From the NCBI GenBank assembly GCA_963733195.1, contig CAVTCR010000044.1:1-34868 (forward strand): a DNA stretch of 34,868 nt. The letters are read 5' to 3'. Each line of letters begins with the position of its first letter. The first letter of the stretch is position 1. The stretch comes from an uncultured delta proteobacterium. GTDB lineage: Bacteria; Desulfobacterota; Binatia; Bin18. The position numbers and the translations under genes were made by a program. Under the pieces are notes generated by a model. The model was given only the letters and a program-made list of their open reading frames with translations. It did no database searches and was not told where the DNA came from. Shown in pieces: positions 9,686-18,775 of the stretch.

Positions 9686-10921
9686 TTACAGAATAGGAAT
9701 TGGAACATCGATGATGAATGTTGCGCCTTTTCCTGGTCCTGGGCTTTCGGCGCGAATCGTTCCTCCATACCCTTCAGTGATAGCACTCGCGAGCGAGAGG
9801 CTTAAACCGGAACCCCGCGAATGATTTCGGGTGTTTGTGATAGTGAACGGGTGAAATACTTCGCGAGCGAGTTCTGGGAGAAACCCCTGCCCTTGGTCTG
9901 TGACGGTAAGGATAGCGCGTTCTCCTGAAGATCGCAAATGAACACCAATATGCTGCTTAGGATGAGAGAATTTGACTGCATTATCGAGCAACGCCCGTAC
10001 TACAATTGCCCAGTGGTTCGTTGTTCCTCGTATGATGCAAGGAATATCGAGGCCAGAGGAGTGAAATTCTCCTTCCGGGGCAGTAAGAGCTGGGAGCTGG
10101 CTGATAGCATGAGAAACAACTTGTGACAGATCGGTAGTTGCCATTAAATCTGCCTTACTTGCAGCAAGCCAGTTGAAATAGTCGAGACCTTTCTCAGTGA
10201 ACTGGTAGAGCCGTTCATAGCCGCGACGGATAATACCAATAACTTCGAGTTGATCCTTGGGATCTGCTTGCGGATCGAAAATGTCGACCGCACCGATCGT
10301 ATTCAACGGTGTTCGCAGCTCGTGTGAGATAAACGCAAGAAAGTCAGTCTTCAGGCGATCAAGGATTTGGAGGCGAGCGTTTGCTTCGGCAAGCTCCTGG
10401 GCCTTACGTCGCTCTGCATCTGCACTGCGCCTGAGGTCACGAACGTATAAAGCGAGCTGAGATCTCGACATATTGAGTTGCTGCTGCACTTCGACTGGCG
10501 GTTCTGAGATATCAAGGACTGGCAATGTAGGTGCCTGCTGACTCTCGAGTTCGTTCTGAGGCTTCCAGATTTCCTGGATCTTTTGTAAGAGTTCCAGTGG
10601 GCTAAATGGTTTGACAAGATGGGCATGCACACCGATATCACGCCCTTGCGCACGGTCTGTTTCCTGCCCCTTAGCCGTAAGCATGATGACAGGGATGTGT
10701 GCTGTTGTTGGATCTTGACGGAGTAGACGGGCAACCTCAATTCCTGAGAGCCCCGGCATCATCCAGTCAAGGACGAGAAGATCTGGCCGTTCATTCCGTG
10801 CCAATGTCAACGCAGTAAGGCCATCCTCAGCCTCCAGGATACGATATGCTGGATCATCAAGAGTAATGCGAGCAAGCATGCGCAGGTTCGCTTCATCATC
10901 GGCGAGCAGAATCTTTTTCAC
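9686..10921 (-). CDS. Hybrid response regulator / histidine kinase (REC-HisKA-HATPase)
   Basis: Likely GTG start at 10921 (VKKILLADDE); LVLDWMMP, SHELRTPL, LLDNAVKF, DQGQG and GSGLSL. Confidence 0.88.
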   Translation of the reverse strand: MKKILLADDEANLRMLARITLDDPAYRILEAEDGLTALTLARNERPDLLVLDWMMPGLSGIEVARLLRQDPTTAHIPVIMLTAKGQETDRAQGRDIGVHAHLVKPFSPLELLQKIQEIWKPQNELESQQAPTLPVLDISEPPVEVQQQLNMSRSQLALYVRDLRRSADAERRKAQELAEANARLQILDRLKTDFLAFISHELRTPLNTIGAVDIFDPQADPKDQLEVIGIIRRGYERLYQFTEKGLDYFNWLAASKADLMATTDLSQVVSHAISQLPALTAPEGEFHSSGLDIPCIIRGTTNHWAIVVRALLDNAVKFSHPKQHIGVHLRSSGERAILTVTDQGQGFLPELAREVFHPFTITNTRNHSRGSGLSLSLASAITEGYGGTIRAESPGPGKGATFIIDVPIPIL

Positions 10922-11153
10922 GCTTCCCCCATTAGATATACCCCCAACTCTCTCCTTACTAGTATGAAGCGAACCGCATCGAACAAGCAAGAGGCAGTTC
11001 ACTTTTATTGAAGGGTGTCTCAGTTTTCTTTTCGTCAGCTATTCGGTGCCAATAGGAGGAAGCCTCAAACAGGCGACTGTCACCTGTGGGTTTCTTTAGA
11101 CTGTATACAGTAGTAACAGACCCAGACTCAGTGAGACAGTGCCATGTGCTTCC

Positions 11154-11516
11154 TCACTGAAGCGCAGCTTCTACTTTTTCCAGCAATTCCAACGGACTAA
11201 ATGGTTTTACCAGGTAGGCGTACGCACCACACACTTGCCCTTGTTCCTTATCGGCGGTCTGGCCCTTGGCCGTCAGCAGAATGATCGGAATATCGGATGT
11301 ATTTGGATCCTGGCGAAGAAGATGGGCAACTTCAATTCCTGTCAGGCCCGGCATCATCCAGTCAAGGACTAAGAGGTCTGGATGTTCGGTACGAGCGAGG
11401 GTGAGCGCTGTTGTCCCGTCTGCAGCTTCAAGGATACGATAGTCAGGATCGTCTAGTGTGATACGTGCCAACATCCGCAGATTCGCTTCGTCATCTGCCA
11501 GAAGTAGGGTCTTCAT
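11154..11516 (-). CDS. Single-domain response regulator
   Basis: LADDE, LDWMMP, LTAKG and KPFSP; GGAGG RBS. Confidence 0.92.
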   Translation of the reverse strand: MKTLLLADDEANLRMLARITLDDPDYRILEAADGTTALTLARTEHPDLLVLDWMMPGLTGIEVAHLLRQDPNTSDIPIILLTAKGQTADKEQGQVCGAYAYLVKPFSPLELLEKVEAALQ

Positions 11517-11828
11517 AATGCCTCCGTCCGCTGCTTTGTTTCCCAGGTGAAGATTGCTTGTCCGTAGTCTGCATCGGCGCGAAGGCAGGAATGTTTAGTT
11601 TAGTGACCAACCTTCAAAGCATAGTTGTCTTTGGGCAATAATGTTTTATTCTTGTTCACAAGCACAAGGCGTTTGAGGCCGTGTACTCAAGCCTCACTTT
11701 TCCCATCCCGCATAGTAGAAGACAGAGCTCTTGTTGTTGAGGTGTGAGAATATTTAGTTTGTAGTGGAAGTGTTAGCCGCTGGTAACTTCCTATAGCTAC
11801 ACAACGGACTTGATAGAGGAAACAAAGT

Positions 11829-12524
11829 ATGAAACCGAATCGACCTGACTCTTCCAAACTGCTGCGCCGACCGACGGTAAGCAAAAACACAGATAGTCCG
11901 CTAACTCCAGAGATGAAAACCACCCGAGAACGTACGTTCTCGCCAACTGCCATGGTCACTCGTCCGCAAACAGAGAGTGGTGTTGTCGTGATCCGGCGAA
12001 AAGGGAAGGTCGTCCCCCCTATAGCTCCACCTGTAACTGAACGCGTGCGTGAGCAAATCTCTAAGCCTCGCCCCGGAATGCGCAAGTTCCGCGCAAAAAA
12101 AATAGTACCTTCGCCACCCCCACCACCCCCTCGTGCCTTGTATCGTGTCATTATGGAACAGTGGCCTACGGTGTTTCCGGCGCGTCCTAATGAAGTGCGA
12201 CCGTTGGCCATTGGCATCCATCAACTACTTGAAAAGAAGTTTCCTGACCGCTCACCCGAGCAGGTTCGCCGGGCAATTGCCCAGTGGCGCTACCCGCGTC
12301 TCGGAGCGTATCTCCGGGTCGTTGCGCGTGGCGGTCCGAGGTATGACTTAGATGGAAACCCATGTGGAGAAATATCAGCCAGTGAACAAGAAAACGCGCG
12401 TCAACGGCTGCAAGAATGGCGCGAGCGTCGCAAAGCGCAAGCTGCGGCGGCGGCAGTCTCTGTTCCACTCGATAGTGGCACGTCGGATCTGACACCGCTG
12501 CCTCTGATTGCTGACGATTTATAA
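11829..12524 (+). CDS. ProQ/FinO-domain RNA chaperone-like protein with a basic, Pro-rich N-terminal extension
   Basis: RPLAIGIH, YLRVVARGGPRYDLDGNPCGEIS..EQENARQRL match the FinO/ProQ signature; GAGGA RBS. Confidence 0.8.
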   Translation: MKPNRPDSSKLLRRPTVSKNTDSPLTPEMKTTRERTFSPTAMVTRPQTESGVVVIRRKGKVVPPIAPPVTERVREQISKPRPGMRKFRAKKIVPSPPPPPPRALYRVIMEQWPTVFPARPNEVRPLAIGIHQLLEKKFPDRSPEQVRRAIAQWRYPRLGAYLRVVARGGPRYDLDGNPCGEISASEQENARQRLQEWRERRKAQAAAAAVSVPLDSGTSDLTPLPLIADDL

Positions 12525-12525
12525 G

Positions 12526-12563
12526 CCAGGAAAGGAGCCGACTTTTCCCACGGCTCATTTCTG
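12526..12563. terminator. Imperfect hairpin between convergent genes
   Basis: CCAGGAAAGGAGCCG ... CGGCTCATTTCTGG directly after the ProQ-like stop; no clear U-tract. Confidence 0.35.
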
Positions 12564-12613
12564 GGTGTCTATTGCGGGTGGAAATAGCACAGGAGCGTGC
12601 GCTATACGCACGA

Positions 12614-15600
12614 CTATGATTGCAACTTCTCCAACAATGCCTTCGCCTCTTGCAGATCCTTCGTGTCAAACCCTTCCGTAAACCAAGTGTAGACCTCAGA
12701 TAGCATGTTGTGTGCTTCGTCAAGCTTGGCGCGTGCTTCGTGGTGCGTGGTACGTGAGGCGGCCTGCGTCGCTTGTTGTTGTCGTAGGCGGACTAAGCTC
12801 ATCACCGCACGCAGTTCGAGGGATTTGGCCTGTTGTTTTTGGGCGATGTCGATGGCTTTAAGAAAACACGCCTCTGGAGACGAAGGGGCGATTGGGAGAT
12901 CGGGCGATGGGGCGACCTCGGACTTTTCGCCCGTTCGCCCGTTCACCGTTTCGCCCGCTCGGAGCGATAGCTCTCCGTACAGTCGATACAGCTCTGCCTC
13001 ATAGTAACGCTCCCCAGTTTTGTCCACTACAGTTAGTGCTTCGTTCAACGCGCTCAGTCCTTCTTCTGACCTGGCCTGCCTTTCTATACGCTTCAGCCAG
13101 CAGGGCGAGATGGTACGGCCGGTACAGTGCCATCCCTGTGTCCTGGCTGGCGGCCATACCCTGGTGTATCTGTTGGATGCCTTCCTCTACCTGCCCCTGC
13201 TCGGCCAGTGCCCAGCCATGCTGTACGATGGCCCCTGCCAAAGGAACCGAAAACCCCTGCTCGTTAGAAAGCGCGATCAGTGCTTCGGCCTGCTGCTCAA
13301 CAGCCTGTGCCTCGTGCAGGAACTGACGGAGTATAGTATCCAGGAACCAGACAAGACGCCATGCTTAAAGGGTGATCAATCTCCTGAGCCAGGGTCAGTC
13401 CTGCACGACTCCGCTTCAGCGCCTGGTCTGGATACCCGAGTAACCACAAGATGTTCGCCAGATGAAGGAGACTGAAGACCCCGAGATCCACTCCCATAAA
13501 AGCAATGGCAGAGCGACGCTGCCCAGGGTCAGAAAGGGCAAGGGCTTGCTCACAGTGGGCGCGGGCCGAGACCAACTCCCCCAAAGAGTGCAAGACCGAC
13601 CCCAATCCAAAGTGTGCAACTGGGAGGAGAGCAGAGTCGTGCGCGCGCTGGGCCAGGGGGATGAGTCGCTCAGCCAGTTCACGCGCGGTCTGTAGCTCTC
13701 CCCGAAACAAATAAAATCGCCGCGCGCCCCAGAGCACTGGGACAGAGCTGAGGAGTCTCACCGATCTGCTGGCACAGCTCAAGAGCACGACTGTGGACTG
13801 CTCCCACTTCTGGAGCTGTAGGGCCTTTCGTGAGCGCCAACGGCGTCGCCAGAGCGAGTTGCAGCGTGAGTTCCTGTTGCGCACGCTCAGGGGTGTCTGC
13901 CAAGGTCTGGAGGAACTCTAGGGCTGCGGTGAAGTGGGTGATAGCTTCTGTAGTCGCGGACCGCTGCACCGCCTGTTGGCCAGCGCGGTAGAGATAGTCT
14001 ATCGCTTTCGCGGTGTTGCCACTGCGACGTGTAGTGATGCGCCAGATCATCTGTAGTGGTCCTCTAAGCTGATCTGTAGAGCGCTTCTATCGCTTGGGCG
14101 GTGTGCTCGTGTAATGCTTTACGCCGCTCGTGCAGTACCGAGCCATAGGCGACTTCCTGGGTCAGCGCATGCTTGAAGATGTACTCCACTTCCGGAAACG
14201 CCGGCTGCTCGTAGAGAAATTCTTTGCGTTGGAGCGATGACAGCAGGCGATACACCTCATCTTCTGGCTGCGGAACTACGTGCCGGAAGACACTCAGCGG
14301 AAACTCGCGCCCGATGACCGCCAGTTGTTGCAGCAAGGCTTTTTCCTCTGGCGCGAGGCGGTCAATTCGCGCCGCAAGCACGCCTTGCACCGTGGGGGGG
14401 ATATGCAGGTCTGTCGGCGCGCGCTGCGTCACGGCGGCATAGCCGTGCCCCGTACAGCCTCGCGGATCAATCCCCTCTTCCAATAAGTCCTGCACCACTT
14501 CTTCCATGAAGAACGGCGTGCCTTCGGTCTTCTCCAGAATCAGATGCTTGAGGGCCGTGAGGCTGTGGCATCGTTCCCCTAAGCACCAGCAGCACGTCAG
14601 AAATTCTTCGGCTTCGGCTTTGCCAAACGGCGAGAGGCGTAGCTGCGTGTAATACGTCTTTGTCCCCCACTCGTGCCGGTATTCGGGACGGTAGTTCACC
14701 AGCAGCAGAATCCGTGTACTGGCTACGCTTTCACTCAACGTATCGAGAAAGCTTTGTGTCTCACTGTCAATCCAGTGCAGGTCTTCAAAGATGAGCACGA
14801 GCGGCTGGTTGAGACTCTCGCGCAGGAAGAGTTTCTTGAGTGCCTCGAACGTCCGTCGGCGCCGGATCTGGGGGTCCATCTGCTGCAACGGCGAGGGCGG
14901 CTCTTCAATGCCCAGCAACGCATAGAGGTAGGGGAGCGTATCCTCTAAACTGCGGTCCAGCTCCAACACCTTGCCGATGACTTTCTGTCGTTGCGTACGG
15001 TGCTCATCCTGAAGTTGAATCTGAAAATAGCCCTTCAGCAATTCGATCACCGGCAGATAGGGCGACGCTTTGCCATGCGAGACGGAGTAGGCTTGAAGCA
15101 CGAGGCAGGTAGTGCGAGTGTAGGGGCGTATTGCAATACGCCCCTACGAATTCGTGAAACAAGCGCGACTTGCCTAACCCTGGCTCGCCCATGACCCCCA
15201 CGATTTGACCCATGCCCCAGCCTTGGCGTGATCGAGTGCCTGCTTCATCTGTTCCATCTCACTCTGCCGGCCTACGAAGCGTGTCAATCCACGGCGAATG
15301 GCGACTTGTAGCCGCGTGCGTAAGGCACCGACGCCGAGCACTTCGTACACATTGAGTGGCACTTCCACCCCTTTGATCTCCGCGGTCCCCAATGCTTTCA
15401 GCTCAAAATAGCCTTCGACTAATTTCCGGGTGTGATCCGTAATCAGAATCGAACCGGGCGTCGCCATCTGCTCCATGCGGGCTGCCAGGTTCGTTGAGTG
15501 CCCCACCGGCACGTAATCGGTATGCAAATCATCTTTGCGAATCGAGCGCACCACCACTTCCCCGGTGTTCATCCCGACCCGCATCGCCAGCGGTACGCCG

Positions 15601-16208
15601 TGTTTGAGGCGTACCTGATCACTATAGCGATGCATCTCCTCTTGCATACGCAACGCCGCATACAGCGCACGCTGGGGATGATCCTCATGGGCAATCGGCG
15701 CGCCAAAGAGCGCAAAGATGCCATCTCCCAAGGCTTGCGCCACATAGCCTTCATAGCGATGCACTGCGTCCATCATGAGCTGCAGAGCCGGATCAATAAT
15801 CGCTCGCGCCTCTTCGGGATCAAGTCCTTCAATCAGCGCCGTCGAGCCTTTGAGATCAGCAAACAGCGCCGTGATCGTCTTGCGCTCACCGTCGCTCGTA
15901 CTACGGGCTTCAAGTGCCGCTTGTTCGGCGCGGATACGTTCAGCTAGATGAGGAGGGGTATAACTAACAGGAGCTTGTGGCTGACCTGTCGTGCTGGTGA
16001 GTAAGGAAGAAGAAGTGCCGGTGCCCTTCCAGACGAGGACCTTGCCACCTTCATCAATTGCCACTTGTTGCCCGTCGATCAGCTCCTCTGTGAGGACGTC
16101 GAGTTGCTCATCGGTGAGGGAAAATTCGAGCTTGAGCGCACGATAGGTGATCCGTCCCTTGCGCTGTAAGAGCCCGCTGGCCTGATCGACAATCTCTGAA
16201 AACTTCAC
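12614..16208 (-). CDS. Class III nucleotide cyclase-STAND/AAA ATPase-TPR protein, copy 1 (multiple frameshifts)
   Basis: N-terminal GRITYRALK domain, LFADLKGST/LGDG/TNLAARME cyclase, Walker A GEPGLGKS, Walker B FEDLHWID, YIFKHALTQEVAY, TPR region and C-terminal [18 protein letters not shown]. Spread over several ORFs. Confidence 0.88.
15120..15147. repeat. Perfect 28-bp GTAG-type REP palindrome inside coding sequence
   Basis: GTAGGGGCGTATTGCAATACGCCCCTAC equals its own reverse complement and reads VGAYCNTPL on both strands. Confidence 0.92.
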
Positions 16209-16224
16209 TCCTCCTCCTATGTCG

Positions 16225-17238
16225 TTAGTCTCGATAGCCTAAGACAAATCCCACCGGCAACCCTCCTCCTACTTCCGTGCGACTCGCCCCGCACTCGATC
16301 AGCATCTGTCTCAGCTCGGCGGACGAAAAACTACGTCCCCCAGGGGTGGTTCCGTGAATCATGGCGCTAAAGAGCCACGCAAAGGTACTCGCCGGTTGAC
16401 CCGGTTCCGCCAGAAATTCGATGATACTGAGAACCCCGCCAGGCGCGAGGGCTGCCAGACATTTGTGCACGATCGCGCGACACGTCTCTTCTGGATAATT
16501 ATGCAAAATATGCCCGAGGAACACGGCGTCATACGGACCGCCAAACTCCACCGTACGTAAATCACCTGCTAAGCCCCGCACGCGCTCTGCTACGCCGAGC
16601 TGGGCGGCATAGTCTTGCGCCACTGGGACGATCAGGGGCCAATCCTGAGCGGTCAACCGCGCCTGGGGCAAGCGGGTGAGAGCGACGAGGCCGTACACGG
16701 CCGACCCACAGCCCACATCAAGTAACCGCAGCGGCGCCGCGTGACCAGAGGTCCAGCCGAGATGATCGGCCAGTGCTTGCGCCGTCGGATAGCCTAGCGT
16801 GAAGAGCGCCCGGGTGAGGCGAATAATCTGGTCGTTGGATCCCGTCCCATACTGCCACGGATCCACCCGGTGCTTCTCAGTGACCACCCGCTGATAGTCC
16901 TTGAATAGGTCGAACACCGGCGGACTTATCGTCGTGTCGACTAGGAGGCCGCCTATATAGGTGGGTTTAGACGACACCAAAAATTCAGCTGAGACCGGGG
17001 TGAGCGCATACGCTTGCGCCTGGGTGCCGAGAAACCCCAGCGCGACAAGGGCATCCAGCAGAATGCGCAACGCTTGTGGATCACCACCCACTGCGGCGCT
17101 GAGCGCCGCCACCTCGTCTGTCCCGGCGTGAATATGATCAAACACGTGGAGATCCACTCCACTTTTGAGTACTCCGGCCGCCCACAGCCCTGCCACGATC
17201 TGCATGATCGGTCCGGGTGTGATTGCTTCCTTCGTCAT
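16225..17238 (-). CDS. SAM-dependent O-methyltransferase (dimerisation + methyltransf_2 type)
   Basis: LDALVALGFL N-terminal domain, LLDVGCGSA, GDL and ILHNY. Start placed at ATG 17238 after GAGGA. Confidence 0.88.
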   Translation of the reverse strand: MTKEAITPGPIMQIVAGLWAAGVLKSGVDLHVFDHIHAGTDEVAALSAAVGGDPQALRILLDALVALGFLGTQAQAYALTPVSAEFLVSSKPTYIGGLLVDTTISPPVFDLFKDYQRVVTEKHRVDPWQYGTGSNDQIIRLTRALFTLGYPTAQALADHLGWTSGHAAPLRLLDVGCGSAVYGLVALTRLPQARLTAQDWPLIVPVAQDYAAQLGVAERVRGLAGDLRTVEFGGPYDAVFLGHILHNYPEETCRAIVHKCLAALAPGGVLSIIEFLAEPGQPASTFAWLFSAMIHGTTPGGRSFSSAELRQMLIECGASRTEVGGGLPVGFVLGYRD

Positions 17239-17307
17239 AGGCCGTTCCTCCTGTATTGCAGCCAAGAACAAAATCCCCTTCTGGGCCTGCACGTGATGTC
17301 TACTTTT

Positions 17308-18621
17308 TCAGGCTGCTACGCTGGCTAACTCTCCGATCGCTCGCAGCGTCTTATCCACTTCCTCAGGCGAGGTCAGAAGACTGGGCGCTAGCCGAGCATA
17401 GCTCGTGGCGTAGGGCGTTACGCTGGCGATAATGCCACGCTTTAGTAGATGCGCTACCACCTGCGTGGGGCTCATTCCCGCTACAGTAAAACAGACGATC
17501 CCCGCAGACAGCTCGTTAGACAGCGGCGTGTGGAGTGTCACATGGCGCATCTCCGCCAGGCCCTCCTTGGTGTGCCGGTTGAGCGCATGGATCCGGTCCG
17601 CAATACGCTCTTTCCCGATCGCCTGATGGAACTGAAAAGCTGCCCCTAACGCCCACCGATGCTCGAAGGAGTGAAAGCCTCCTGGCGTCATCAACGTACT
17701 CATCGGGCCAGCTGGCGGTGGGAGGCCCTGCAACCACGCCCGGGACGCCTCAGCCGAAAAGGAGGGAATAATAGCCGTGGCGAGGGGCCAAGCCTCAGGT
17801 TTCCCCCACACGAGCCCCGTCCCCCGTGGGCCGAATATCCACTTGTGACAGCCGGCAACGAAGAAGTCGCATCCGAGATCCGCCATGGACACATTCTCTA
17901 CCCCAAACCCATGGACACCATCCACACACAACAACACGCGGTCAGCCTCGTCGCGGCGCGCATTCACCGTCGCCAGAGCTTCTGCCATGCGACGGATGGG
18001 CAGCTTGACGCCCGTGCTTGAGTGCACCCAAGTCACAGCCACGACGCGCGTTTGCGGTTGCACCGCCTTGACGAGCGTGTCGACGATTTCCTCTTGCGAC
18101 GCGGTTGCAGGCTGCTGGTAGAGCGAGACCTGACGCACTGTGCCTCCCGTCCGCGCGGCGCGTAGCTGGAGCGACACGGCCGTGGAATAGTGATCGTGAG
18201 TCGTGGTGAGAACCTCCTGGCCGGCACGGAGCGCTATCCCGCCATAGAGTAACCCTAGGCCCATCGTGGTGCTATCCGTCAAGGCAATCTCCGTCGGTTG
18301 CCCACCCAGATACTCCGCCGCCGCTTGCAATACTGCCCCTTCCAACCGCTTCCCGTGGTCATGTAAGTATTCAGCGGGGTTTTCATCTAACTTGCGCCGA
18401 TGGGTTTCAATCGCCTCCCGTACAGGAGTTGGGTGAGAAGCGAGAAGGAATCCAGCCATGTGGATGCGGTCGCGCGTCAGCGGGAACTGCGCACGGACGG
18501 TCTCCCAACGTTCGAAGGATGGGGTGCTGTCGGCCTGGGCGTTCAGCGGTGAAACCCGCGGAGCAACCGCGCTGGCTCCGACCAGCAAGCCTGTGCGGAC
18601 CAAAAACATTCTCCGATCCAT
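17308..18621 (-). CDS. Tat-exported class V PLP-dependent aminotransferase (PvdN-like)
   Basis: MDRRMFLV...AQA twin-arginine signal; STTMGL, VDGVHG and GCHKWIFGPRGTG with the PLP lysine; AGGAG RBS. Confidence 0.88.
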   Translation of the reverse strand: MDRRMFLVRTGLLVGASAVAPRVSPLNAQADSTPSFERWETVRAQFPLTRDRIHMAGFLLASHPTPVREAIETHRRKLDENPAEYLHDHGKRLEGAVLQAAAEYLGGQPTEIALTDSTTMGLGLLYGGIALRAGQEVLTTTHDHYSTAVSLQLRAARTGGTVRQVSLYQQPATASQEEIVDTLVKAVQPQTRVVAVTWVHSSTGVKLPIRRMAEALATVNARRDEADRVLLCVDGVHGFGVENVSMADLGCDFFVAGCHKWIFGPRGTGLVWGKPEAWPLATAIIPSFSAEASRAWLQGLPPPAGPMSTLMTPGGFHSFEHRWALGAAFQFHQAIGKERIADRIHALNRHTKEGLAEMRHVTLHTPLSNELSAGIVCFTVAGMSPTQVVAHLLKRGIIASVTPYATSYARLAPSLLTSPEEVDKTLRAIGELASVAA

Positions 18622-18775
18622 ATTGTGCCTCTCCTTTTGCGTCTTCCGTGTCTCGAAAAAACGGCTGACAGGGCGAGGAGTCAGAGGTACAGCAAGTGAG
18701 CTCACATCCCCGGAATCACCGCTGCCGTGAGTTGTTCCTTACGGAGGGACTGCCCATGTTTCCTCACACCATAGC

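Noticed and set aside
18728-18757. Tiny minus-strand ORF (about 10 codons) after copy 2 with a GAGGA RBS
   Set aside because: Too short, with no supporting features.
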